Assembly (NCBI RefSeq): GCF_009914755.1
Contig: NC_060940.1
Source of the DNA: the human T2T-CHM13v2.0 reference genome, Homo sapiens
Length of the DNA stretch: 64,000 nt
Strand: one strand, 5' to 3'
The position numbers and the translations under genes are program-made. The notes beneath the pieces are model-generated. The model searched no databases. It saw only the letters and a list, made by a program, of their open reading frames with translations, and had not been told where the DNA came from. Shown piece after piece: positions 1 to 13,900 of this stretch; within the stretch, counting starts at the first letter, position 1, and the number at the start of each line of letters is the position of its first letter.

Positions 1-1049
1 GATTCCATTCGATGTTATTCGATGATTCCATTCGATCTCATTCGATGATGATTCCATTCAACTCCATTCGATGTTTCCATTCGAGTTCATTCTATTATTC
101 CATTACATTCCATTCGATGATGATTCCATTCGATTCCATTTGATGATTGCATTCTATTTCATTTGATGATGATTCCATTCGAGTCCACTCGATGATTCCA
201 TTCGAGTCCATTTAATGAATCCATTGGTTTCAATTCTATGATGATTACATTGGATTCCATTCGTTGATGATTTCATTCGGTTCCATTCAATGATGATTCC
301 ATTCAATTCCTTTCAATGTTTCCATTCAATTCCATACGATGATGATTCCATTTGATTTGATTCGACAGTGAGCCATTCGATTCAATTCCATGATGATTCT
401 ATTTTATTCAATTGGTTGATATTTCCATTCGATTCCATTCGATGATTATTCCCTTTGATTCCATTCAAAGATGATTCCATTCTAGCCCATTCAATCATTC
501 CATTCGATTCTATTCAATGATGATTTCATTCATGTCGATTAGGTGATTCCATTTGACTTCATTTGATGATGATTCCTTTCAAGTTCATTAGATGATTCCA
601 TTCGATTCCATTTGATGATGATCCCATTCGAGTCCATTTGATGATTCCATTCGTTTCCATTCCATGATGATTCCATTCCATTCCATTCAATGATTCCATT
701 CGATTCCGTTTGGTGATGATTTCATTCGAGTCCATTTGATGATTCCATTTGATTCCATTCGATGATGATTCCATTCGAGTCCATTCGATGATTCTATTCG
801 AATCCATTTGATGATTTCTTTTGATTATATTTTGTGATGATTCCATTGGAGTCCATTCAATGATTCCATTCGATTCCAATCGATGGTGATTCCATTAGAG
901 TCCATTTAATGATTCCATTTGATTCCAGTCTCTGATGATTACATTCGAGTCCATACGATGATTCCACTCAATTCCATATGATGATGATTCCATTCGATTC
1001 CATTCCATGATTCCATTCGATTCCATTCAACGATGATTTGATTCGTTTC

Positions 1050-4000
1050 CATTCGATGATTCCATTGGATTCCATTCGATGATGATTCCATTCAAATCCA
1101 TTCGATAATTCAATTCAAGTCCATTCGATGATGATTCCAATCGAATCCATTCAAAGATTCCATTCAGTTCCATTCGATGATTCCCTTAGATTCCATTCGA
1201 TGATTCCACTTGATTCCATTTACGATGATTCCATTCGATTCCATGTGATGATTCCATTCAATTCTATTCAATGATGTTGCCATTTGATTCCATTCGACCA
1301 TGATTGCCTTTGATTCCATTCAATGATTCCATTCGGTTCCTTTTGATGATGATTCCTTTCGATTCCATTTGATGATTCCATTTGATTCCATTGGATGAGT
1401 CCATTCGATTACATTCGATGATTAATCCATTCGAGTGCATTAGATGATTCCATTCGAGTCCATTCGATGATTCCATTCGATTCCATTCGATGTTGATTCT
1501 GTTCAAATCCATTCGATGATTCCACTCGATTCCATTCGATGACTCCATTTGATCCCATTCGATGATTTCCTGTGATTCCCTTTGATGATCATTCCATTTG
1601 ATTCAATTCGGTGATTTCATTTGATTCCATTCAGTGATGTTTCCATTCGACTCCATTCTATGATGATTCCATTCGACTCCATTCGATTATGATTTCATTC
1701 AATTCCATTCGATAATGATTCCCTTCAAGTCCATTCGATGATTCCATGCGATTCCATTCAACGATGATTTGATTCGTGTCCATTCGATGATTCCATTTGA
1801 TTCCACTTGATGATGATTCCATTCGAGTCCATTTGATGATTCCATTCAATTCCATTCTCCGATGATTTCTTTTGAGCCCATTCAATGCTTCCACTCGATT
1901 CCATATGATGATGACTCCATTCGATTAAATTCGATGATGATTCCATTCGCTTGCGTTCGATGATGATTCCACTAGAGTCCGTTAGAAGATTCTATTCAAT
2001 TACATTCCATGACGATTCCGATCGAGTCCATTTGATGATTCCATTAGACTCCATTCGACGATGATTCCATTCGATGTTATTCGATGATTCCATTCGATCT
2101 CATTCGATGATGATTCCATTCAACTCCATTCGATGTTTCCATTCGAGTTCATTCTATTATTCCATTAGATTCCATTCGATGATGATTCCATTCGATTCCG
2201 TTTGATGATTGAATTCTATTTCATTTGATGATGATTCCATTCGAGTCCACTCCATGATTCCATTCGAGTCCATTTAATGAATCCATTGGTTTCAATTCTA
2301 TGATGATTACATTGGATTCCATTCTTTGATGATTTCATTCGGTTCCATTCAATGATGATTCCATTCAATTCCTTTCAATGTTTCCATTCAATTCCATACG
2401 ATGATGATTCCATTTGATTTGATTCGACAGTGAGCCATTCGATTCAATTCCATGATGATTCTATTTTATTCAATTGGTTGACATTTCCATTCGATTCCAT
2501 TCGATGATGATTCCCTTTGATTCCATTCAAAGATGATTCCATTCTAGCCCATTCAATCATTCCATTCGATTCTATTTAATGATGATTCCATTCATGTGGA
2601 TTTGGTGATTCCATTTGACTTCATTTGATGATGATTCCTTTCAAGTTCATTAGATGATTCCATTCGATTCCATTTGATGATGATTCCATTCCATTCCATT
2701 CAATGATTCCATTCGATTCCGTTTGATGATGATTTCATTCGAGTCCATTTGATGATTCCATTTGATTCCATTCGATGATGATTCCATTCGAGTCCATTCA
2801 ATGATTCTATTCGAATCCATTTGATGATTTCTTTTGATTATATTTGGTGATGATTCCATTGGAGTCCATTCAATGATTCCATTCTATTCCAATCGATGAT
2901 GATTCCATTAGAGTCCATTTAATGATTCCATTTGATTCCAGTCTCTGATGATTACATTCGAGTCCATACGATGATTCCACTCAATTCCATATGATGATGA
3001 TTCCATTCGATTCCATTCGATGATTCCATTCTATTCTATTCAATGGTGATTCCATTCGAGTACATTAGATGATTCCATTCGATTCCATTCAATGATGATT
3101 CTATTTGTGTCCCTTAGATGGTTCCACATGATTCCATTAGATGATGATACTATTTGAGCCCATCCAATGATTCCCTTCGATTCCATTCGATGAGGATTCC
3201 ATTCGATTCAATTCATTGGTGATTCTATTCAATTCAATTCTTTGATTCCATTCCATTCCATTCGACAATGATTCCATTCGATTTCTTTCGATGATTCCAC
3301 TCGATTCCACTTGACATTGATTCCATTCGATTCCATTCAATGATTCCGTTTGATTCCAGTGGATGATGATTGCCATCGATTCCATTCGATCACTCCATTC
3401 TATTCCATTTGATGATGATTACATTCGATTCCATTTGATGATTCCATCTGATTCTATTCGAGGATTCCATTTGATTCCATTCGATGATGATTCCATTCGA
3501 GTCCATTCGATGATTTCATTCGAGTACATCCAATGATTCCATTCGAGTCCATTTGATGATTCCATTTGATTCCATTTGATTATGATTCTACTAGAGTCCA
3601 TTCAATGACTCCATTCGAATCCATTCAACAATTCCATTCGAGTCCATTCGATGATTCCATTTCATGATTCCATTCGAGTCCATTTAATCATTACAGTCAA
3701 GTCCGTTTGGTGATTCCACTGGATTTCTTTTGATAATGATACCATTCAATTACATTTCATGATGATCCCATTCAATTTCATTTGATGGTGATTCCATTAG
3801 AGTCCATTCGATGATTTCATTCGAGTCCCTTCATTGATTCCATGCGATTTCATTTGATGATGACTCCATTCGAGTTCATTCGATGATTCCACTCGATTCC
3901 ATTTGATGATTCCATTGGAGTCCATTTCATTGTTCCATTCTATTCCATTCGATTCCTTTCGAAGATTATTCCATTTGAGTCCATTCGATGATGATTCCAT

Positions 4001-7000
4001 TCCATTCCATTCGATGATTCCGTTTGATTCCATTTGATGATTCCCTTCGATTGCTTTCTTTGATGATTCCATTCCATTCCATTCAATGATTCCATTCGAA
4101 TCTATTCCATGATGATTCCTTGCGATTCCATTCGCTGATGTTTCCATTCAACTCCATTCGATGATGATTCCATTCGATTCCATTCATTGAGGATTCCATT
4201 TGATTCCATTAAATGATGATTCCGTTCTATTCCATTCAATGATTGCATTCAATTCCATTCAATGATTATCCCCTTAGAGTAAACTCAACGATTCCATTCA
4301 ATACCATTCGATGATGATTCCTTTTGAGTCCATTCAATGATTTCATTCAAGTCCATTTGATGATTCCTTTCAATTCCATTCTATGATGATTCCATTCGAG
4401 TCCATTCGATGATTCCATTCAATTGCATTCGATGATTCCATTATATTCCAGTCAACGATGATTCCATTCGAGTCCATTCGATGATTCCATTAGAGTACAT
4501 TTAATGATTGCTTTGTTTTCAATTCGAAGATGATTACATTGGATTCCATTCTATGATACCATTCGATTCCATTCAATGATGATTCCACTCAAATCCATTG
4601 GATGATTCCATTCGTGTCCGTTCGGTGATTTCATTAGATTCCATTCGAGGATGATTCCATTCGATTCCATTCGATGATTCCATTCAATTCCATTCGATGA
4701 TGATTCCATTCCAGTCCATATGATCATTCCATTTGATTTCATTCGATGATGATTCCATTCGATTCCATTCGATGATTCCATTCTATTCCATTCGATGATG
4801 ATTCCATTCGAGTCCATTCGATGATTCCATTCCAGTCCATTTAATGATTCCAATGGGTTCAATTCAATGATGATTACATTGGATTCCGTTCTATGATTCC
4901 ATTCAATTCCGTTCATTGACAATTTGATTCCATTCGATGATGATTCCATTTGAGTTCATTCGATGATTCTATTCGATTCTCTTCGATGGTGATTCAATTC
5001 TATTATATTGGATGATTCCATTCGATTGCATTTGATGTTGATTCAATTCGATTCTATTCGATGATGATTCCATTGGATTTCACTTGATGATTCTATTCGA
5101 TTCCATTCAATGATGATTCACTTCTCGTCCATTGGATGATTCCATTTCATTCCATTCGATGATGATTCCATTCGATTCCATTCGATGATTCCATTTGATT
5201 CCATGCGACGGTGAGCAATTCGATTCAATTCCATGATGATTCTATTTGATTCAATTAGATGATGTTTCCATTCGAATCCATTCCATGATTATTCCATTGG
5301 AATCCATTTGGCGATGATTCCATATGAGTCAATTCAATGATGATTCCATATGGGTCCGTTCGATGATAATTCCATTTGATTTCATTCGATGCTTCTATTC
5401 AATTCCAGTCGATGATGATTCCGTTGGAGTCCATACGATGATTCCATTTGATTTCATTTGATGATGATTCCATTCGATGATGATTACATTGGATTCCATT
5501 CTATGATTCCATTCAATTCCATTCGTTGATGATTCGATTCCATTCAATGATGATTCCATTTGAGTTCATTCGATGATTCTATTCGATTCCGTTCGATGGT
5601 GATTCAATTCTATTATATTGGATGATTCCACTCGATTCCATTTGATGATTATTCCATTGGAGTCCACTTAGTGAATCCTTTAGATTCTACTCGAAGATGA
5701 TTCCATTCGAGTCCATTCGATGATACCATTCAATTCCATTCGTTGATGCTTCCATTCAAGTGCATTCGATGATATCATTCGATTCCATTTGATGATAATT
5801 CCATTTCATTCCATGCGATGATTCTATTCGATTCCATTCAATGATAATTCCATTCAATTCAGTGATTCCTCTGGACTCCATTTGATGATGATTCCATTCA
5901 ATGATTCCATTCGATTCTATTCCAAAATGATTCCATTTGAATCCATTTGATGATGATTCCATTAGATTCCATTTGATGATTCCATTCGATTCCATTCGAT
6001 GATGATTCCATTCGATTCCATTTGATGATTCCATTCTATTCTATTCGATGATGATTCCATTCGATTCCATTCGATGATGATTGGATTCGATTTCATTTGA
6101 TGACTTCATTTGATTCCATTCGTTAATGATGTCGATCAACTCCATTCGATGATTCCATTTGATTCCATTCGATAATGATTACATCCGAGTCCATTCGATG
6201 ATTCCATTTGAGCCCGTTCGATAATTCCATTTGAGTCCAATCAATGATTCCATTCATTTCCATTCAATGATTCCATTCGAGTCCATTTGATCATTCTGGT
6301 AGGGTCCGTTCGATGTTGATTCCATTGGAGTGCATTCGATGATTCCATTCGAGTCCATTTTATGATTTGATTCGAGTCCTTTCGATGATTCCATTCGATT
6401 CCACTCGATGATGATTTCATTCGAGTCCATTCGACACTTCCAATCGATTCCATTTGATGTTTCCATTCGAGTCCAATTGATGATTCCATTCAATTCCATT
6501 CGATGATGATTCCGTACGATTCCATTCTGTGTTGATTCCATGTGATTGCATTCAATGATGATTCCTTTCGATTGGATTCGATTATGATTCATTTCGTGTT
6601 CATTCTATGGTTCCACAGGTTTCCATTCGATGACGTTTCCGTTCGTGTCCATTCCATTATTCCATTCTATTTCATTTGATGATGATTTCATTCGATTCCA
6701 TTCATTGCTGATTCCACTCAATTCCATTCAATGATTCCATTCCATTTCTTTCAACAATGATTCCATTAGTTTCTATTCGATGATCCACTTGATTCCATTT
6801 GGCGATGATTCCATTCGTGTCCATTCGATGATTCCATTTGATTCCATATGATGATGATTCCATTCGATTCCATACGATGATGATTCCATTCGAGTCCATT
6901 CAATGGTGATTCCATTCAATTCCATTCGATGATTCCTTCCGATTCCATTCGATGATGATGGCATTCGATTCCTTTCAATCATTCCCTTTGATTCCATTCA

Positions 7001-7130
7001 AAGGTGATTTCATTCAAGTCCATTCGATAATTGCATTCGATTCCATTCTATGATGATTCCATTCGAGTCCATTTGATGATTCCATTCAATTCAAGTCAAT
7101 GATGATTCCATTCGATTCCACTCGATGATT
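1050..7130 (+). repeat. One complete ~6.07-kb nested unit (modules A-H)
   Basis: Landmarks occur in canonical order at 1264 (A), 1658 (B), 2650 (C), 3137 (D), 4551 (E), 5756 (F), 6241 (G) and 6702 (H). The next A-type landmark is at 7336, a spacing of 6072. Boundaries are approximate. Confidence 0.88.
5247..5257 (-). promoter_or_regulatory. DUX4-consensus motif TAATTGAATCA, one per E module (11 copies starting at 5247, 15150, 19682, 25760, 31869, 41763, 43944, 51344, 53525, 60999, 63180)
   Basis: The + strand reads TGATTCAATTA at each listed position, matching the DUX4 consensus TAAYBBAATCA. DUX4 is known to bind and induce HSATII transcription. Binding at these particular sites is not shown by the sequence. 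Confidence 0.55.
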
Positions 7131-7860
7131 CCATTGGATTCCATTCGATGATGATTCCATTCAAATCCATTCGATAATTCAATTCAAGTCCATTCGATGA
7201 TGATTCCAATCGAATCCATTCAAAGATTCCATTCAATTCCATTCGATGATGATTCCCTTAGATTCCATTCGATGATTCCACTTGATTCCATTTACGAAGA
7301 TTCCATTTGATTCCATGTGATGAATCCATTCAATTGTATACAATGATGTTTCCATTTGATTCCATTGGACCATGATTGCCTTTGATTCCATTCAATGATT
7401 CCATTCGGTTCCATTTGATGATGATTCCGTTCGATTCCATTTCATTATTCCATTTGATTCCATTGGATGTGTCCATTCGATTACATTCGATGATTATTCC
7501 ATTCGAGTGCATTAGATGATTGAATTCGAGTCCATTCGATGATTCCATTCGAATCCATTCGATGTTGATTCTGTTCAAATCCATTCGATGATTCCACTCG
7601 ATTCCATTCGATGACTCCATTTGATCCCATTCGATGATTTCCTGTGATTCCCTTTGATGATCATTCTATTTGATTCAATTCGGTGATTTCATTTCATTCC
7701 ATTCAGTGATGTTTCCATTCGACTGTATTCCATGATGATTCCATTCGACTCCATTCGATTATGATTTCATTCAATTCCATTCAATAATGATTCCCTTCGA
7801 GTCCATTCGATGATTCCATTCGATTCCATTCAACGATGATTTGATTCGTTTCCATTCGAT
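7130..7860 (+). repeat. 731-bp partial unit (A' plus start of B) tandemly preceding a second A
   Basis: A landmark at 7336 (gtatacaatgatg) and again at 8067 (ctattcaatgatg). Junction sequence caacgatgatttgattcgtttccattcgatgattccattggattcc at about 7831-7880. Confidence 0.85.
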
Positions 7861-10800
7861 GATTCCATTGGATTCCATTCGATGATGATTCCATTCAAAT
7901 CCATTCGATAATTCAATTCAAGTCCATTCAATGATGATTCCAATCGAATCCATTCAAAGATTCCATTCAGTTCCATTCGATGATTCCCTTAGATTCCATT
8001 CGATGATTCCACTTGATTCCATTTACGATGATTCCATTCGATTCCATGTGATGATTCCATTCAATTCTATTCAATGATGTTTCCATTTGATTCCATTCGA
8101 CCATGATTGCCTTTGATTCCATTCAATGATTCCATTCGGTTCCTTTTGATGATGATTCCGTTCGATTCCATTTGATGATTCCATTTGATTCCATTGGATG
8201 AGTCCATTCGATTACATTCGATGATTATTCCATTCGATTGCATTAGATGATTCCATTCGAGTCAATTCAATAATTCCATTCGATTCCATTCGATGTTGAT
8301 TCTGTTCAAATCCATTCGATGATTCCACTCGATTCCATTCGATGATTCCATTTGATCCCATTCGATGATTTCCTGTGATTCCCTTTGATGATCATTCCAT
8401 TTGATTCAATTCGGTGATTTCATTTGATTCCATTCAGTGACGTTTCCATTCGACTCCATTCGATGATGATTCCATTCGACTCCATTCGATTATGATTTCA
8501 TTCAATTCCATTCGATAATGATTCCCTTCGAGTCCATTCGATGATTCCATTCGATTCCATTCAACGATGATTTGATTCGTGTCCATTCGATGATTCCATT
8601 TGATTCCACTTGATGATGATTCCATTCGAGTCCATTTGATGATTCCATTCAATTCCATTCTCCGATGATTTCTTTTGAGCCCATTCAATGCTTCCACTCG
8701 ATTCCATATGATGATGACTCCATTCGATGAAATTCGATGATGATTCCATTCGCTTGCGTTCAATGATGATTCCACTTGAGTCCGTTAGAAGATTCTATTC
8801 AAATACATTCCATGACGATTCCGTTCGAGTCCATTTGATGATTCCATTAGACTCCATTCGACGATGATTCCATTCGATGTTATTCGATGATTCCATTCGA
8901 TCTCATTCGATGATGATTCCATTCAACTCCATTCGATGTTTCCATTCGAGTTCATTCTATTATTCCATTAGATTCCATTCGATGATGATTCCATTCGATT
9001 CCATTTGATGATTGCATTCTATTTCATTTGATGATGATTCCATTCGAGTCCACTCGATGATTCCATTCGAGTCCATTTAATGAATCCATTGGTTTCAATT
9101 CTATGATGATTACATTGGATTCCATTCGTTGATGATTTCATTCGGTTCCATTCAATGATGATTCCATTCAATTCCTTTCAATGTTTCCATTCAATTCCAT
9201 ACGATGATGATTCCATTTGATTTGATTCGACAGTGAGCCATTCGATTCAATTCCATGATGATTCTATTTGATTCAATTGGTTGACATTTCCATTCGATTC
9301 CATTCGATGATGATTCCCTTTGATTCCATTCCAAGATGATTCCATTCTAGCCCATTCAATCATTCCATTCGATTCTATTCAATGATGATTCCATTCATGT
9401 CGATTTAGTGATTCCATTTGACTTCATTTGATGATGATTCCTTTCAAGTTCATTAGATGATTCCATTCGATTCCATTTGATGATGATCCCATTCGAGTCC
9501 ATTTGATGATTCCATTCGTTTCCATTCCATGATGATTCCATTCCATTCCATTCAATGATTCCATTCGATTCCGTTTGGTGATGATTTCATTCGAGTCCAT
9601 TTGATGATTCCATTTGATTCCATTCGATGATGATTCCATTCGAGTCCATTCGATGATTCTATTCGAATCCACTTGATGATTTCTTTTGATTATAGTTGGT
9701 GATGATTCCATTGGAGTCCATTCAATGATTCCATTCGATTCCAATCGATGGTGATTCCATTAGAGTCCATTTAATGATTCCATTTGATTCCAGTCTCTGA
9801 TGATTACATTCGAGTCCATACGATGATTCCACTCAATTCCATATGATGATGATTCCATTCGATTCCATTCGATGATTCCATTCTATTGTAATCGATGATG
9901 ATTCCATTCGATTCCATTCGATCATGATTGGATTCGATTCCATTTGATGATTTCATTTGATTCCATTCGTTAATGATTTCGATCAACTCCATTCGATGAT
10001 TCCATTTGATTCCATTCGATAATGATTACATCCGAGTCCATTCGATGATTCCATTTGAGCCCGTTCGATAATTCCATTTGAGTCCAATCAATGATTCCAT
10101 TCATTTCCATTCAATGATTCCATTCGAGTCCATTTGATCATTCTGGTAGGGTCCGTTCGATGTTGATTCCATTGGAGTGCATGAGATGATTCCATTCGAG
10201 TCCATTTTATGATTTGATTCGAGTCCTTTCGATGATTCCATTCGATTCCACTCGATGATGATTTCATTCGAGTCCATTCGACACTTCCAATCGATTTCAT
10301 TTGATGTTTCCATTCGAGTCCAATTGATGATTCAATTCCATTCGATGATGATTCCGTACGATTCCATTCTGTGATGATTCCATGTGATTGCATTCAATGA
10401 TGATTCCTTTCGATTGCATTCGATTGTGATTCATTTCGTGTTCATTCTATGGTTCCACAGGTTTCCATTCGTGTCCATTCCATTATTCCATTCTATTCCA
10501 TTTCATGATGATTCCATTCGATTCCATTCATTGGTGATTCCACTCAATTCCATTCAATGATTCCATTCCATTTCTTTCAACAATGATTCCATTATTTTCT
10601 AATCGATGATCCACTTGATTCCATTTGATGACGATTCCATTCTTGTCCATTCGATGATTCCATTTCATTCCATATGATGATGATTCCATTCGATTCCATA
10701 CGATGATGATTCCATTCGAGTCCATTCAATGGTGATTCCATTCGATTCCATTCCATGATTCCTTTTGATTCCATTCGATGATGGCATTCGATTCCTTTCA

Positions 10801-10950
10801 ATCATTCCCTTTGATTCCATTCAAAGGTGATTTCATTCAAGTGCATTCGATAATTGCATTCGATTCCATTCTATGATGATTCCATTCGAGTCCATTTGAT
10901 GATTCCATTCAATTCAAGTCAATGATGATTCCATTCGATTCCATTCGATG
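7860..10950 (+). repeat. Deleted unit A-B-C-G-H (~3.09 kb; D, E, F missing)
   Basis: A at 8067 to the next A at 11156 is 3089 bp. C (9424) is followed directly by G (10088). Junction at about 9883-9895. Confidence 0.87.
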
Positions 10951-13900
10951 ATTCCATTGGATTCCATTCGATGATGATTCCATTCAAATCCATTTGATAA
11001 TTCAATTCAAGTCCATTCGATGATGATTCCAATCGAATCCATTCAAAGATTCCATTCAGTTCCATTCGATGATAACCTTAGATTCCATTCGATGATTCCA
11101 CTTGTTTCCATTTACGATGATTCCATTCGATTCCATGTGATGATTCCATTCAATTCTATTCAATGATGTCTCCATTTGATTCCATTCGACCATGATTGCC
11201 TTTGCTTCCATTCAATGTTTCCATTCGGTTCCTTTTGATGATAATTCCGTTCGATTCCATTTGATGATTCCATTTGATTCCATTGGATGAGTCCATTCGA
11301 TTACATTCGATGATTATTCCATTTGAGTGCATTAGATGATTCCATTCGAGTCCATTCGATGATTCCATTCGATTCCATTCGATGTTGATTGTGTTCAAGT
11401 CCATTCGATGATTCCACTGGATTCCATTCGAGGACTCCAGTTGATCCCATTCGATGATTTCCTTTGATTCCCTTTGATGATCATTCCATTTGATACAATT
11501 CGGTGATTTCATTTGATTCCATTCAGTGATGTTTCCATTCGACTCCATTCGATGATGATTCCATTCGACTCCATTCGATTATGATTTCATTCAATTCCAT
11601 TCGATAATGATTCCCTTCGAGTCCATTCGATGATTCCATTCGATTCCATTCAACGATTATTTGATTCTTGTCCGTTCGATGATTCCATTTGATTCCACTT
11701 GATGATGATTCCATTCGAGTCCATTTGATGATTCCATTCAATACCATTCTCCGATGATTTCTTTTGAGCCCACTCAATGCTTCCACTCGATTCCATATGA
11801 TGATGACTCCATTCGATGAAATTCGATGATGATTCCATTCGCTTGCTTTCAATGATGATTCCACTTGAGTCCGTTAGAAGATTCTATTCAATTACATTCC
11901 ATGACGATTCCGTTCGAGTCCATTTGATGATTCCATTAGACTCCATTCGACGATGATTCCATTCGAAGTTATTCGATGATTCCATTGGATCTCATTCGAT
12001 GATGATTCCATTCAACTCCATTCGATGTTTCCATTCGAGTTCATTCTATTATTCCATTAGATTCCATTCGATGATGATTCCATTCGATTCCGTTTGATGA
12101 TTGCATTCTATTTCATTTGATGATGATTCCATTCGAGTCCACTCAATGATTCCATTCGAGTCCATTTAATGAATCCATTGGTTTCAATTCTATGATGATT
12201 ACATTGGATTCCATTCGTTGATGATTTCATTCGGTTCCATTCAATGATGATTCCATTCAATTCCTTTCAATGTTTCCATTCAATTCCATACGATGATGAT
12301 TCCATTTGATTTGATTCGACAGTGAGCCATTCGATTCAATTCCATGATGATTCTATTTGACTCAATTGGTTGACATTTCCATTCGATTCCATTCGATGAT
12401 GATTCCCATTGAATTCCATTCAAAGATGATTCCATTCTAGCCCATTCAATCATTCCATTCGATTCTATTCAATGATGATTCCATTCATGTCGATTTGGTG
12501 ATTCCATTTGACTTCATTTGATGATGATTCCTTTCAAGTTCATTAGATGATTCCATTCGATTCCATTTGATGATGATTCCATTCCATTCCATTCAATGAT
12601 TCCATTCGATTCCGTTTGATGATGATTTCATTCGAGTCCATTTGATGATTCCATTTGATTCCATTCGATGATGATTCCATTCGAGTCCATTCGATGATTC
12701 TATTCGAATCCATTTGATGATTACTTTTGATTATATTTGGTGATGATTCCATTGGAGTCCATCCAATGATTCCATTCGATTCCAATCGATGATGATTCCA
12801 TTAGAGTCCATTTAATGATTCCATTTGATTCCAATCTCTGATGATTACATTCGAGTCCATACGATGATTCCACTCAATTCCATATGATGATGATTCCATT
12901 CGATTCCATTCGATGATTCCATTCTATTCTATTCAATGGTGATTCCATTCGAGTACATTAGATGATTCCATTCGATTCCATTCAATGATGATTCTATTTG
13001 TGTCCCTTAGATGGTTCCACATGATTCCATTACATGATGATACTATTTGAGCCCATCCAATGATTCCCTTCGATTCCATTCGATGAGGATTCCATTCGAT
13101 TCAATTCATTGGTGATTCTATTCAATTCAATTCTTTGATTCCATTCCATTCCATTCGACAATGATTCCATTCGATTTCTTTCGATGATTCCACTCGATTC
13201 CACTTGACATTGATTCCATTCGATTCCATTCAATGATTCCGTTTGATTCCAGTGGATGATGATTGCCATCGATTCCATTCGATCACTCCATTCTATTCCA
13301 TTTGATGATGATTACATTCGATTCCATTTGATGATTCCATCTGATTCTATTCGAGGATTCCATTTGATTCCATTCGATGATGATTCCATTCGAGTCCATT
13401 CGATGATTTCATTCGAGTACATCCAATGATTCCATTCGAGTCCATTTGATGATTCCATTTGATTCCATTTGTTTATGATTCTACTAGAGTCCATTCAATG
13501 ACTCCATTCGAATCCATTCAACAATTCCATTCGACTCCATTCGATGATTCCATTCGATTCCATTTGATGGTTCCATTCGAGTCCATTTAATCATTACAGT
13601 CGAGTCCATTTGTTGATTCCACTGGATTTCTTTTGATAATGATACCATTCAATTACATTTGATGATGATCCCATTCAACTTCATTTGATGATGATTCCAT
13701 TAGAGTCCATTCGATGATTTCATTCGAGTCCCTTCATTGATTCCATCTGATTTCATTGGATGATGACTCCATTCGAGTCCATTCGATGATTCCACTCGAT
13801 TCCATTAGATGACTCCATTGCAGTCCATTTGATTGTTCCATTCGATTCCATTCGATTCCTTTCGAAGATTATTCCATTTGAGTCCATTCGATGATGATTC

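Noticed and set aside
6290-6312. Atypical G-rich islands such as ctggtagggtccgtt, atccccttagagtaaactc and gcgacggtgagc, as possible insertions or telomere-like seeds (cttagggt at about 42970)
   Set aside because: They stay in register with the 23/26-bp unit and are explained by clustered substitutions. The TTAGGG is a single hexamer from one A-to-G change.
6631-6636. TGACGT CRE/ATF-like half site in the 16-bp indel
   Set aside because: It is a six-base match one or two substitutions away from the consensus TGATGA/TGATGT, so it is expected by chance.
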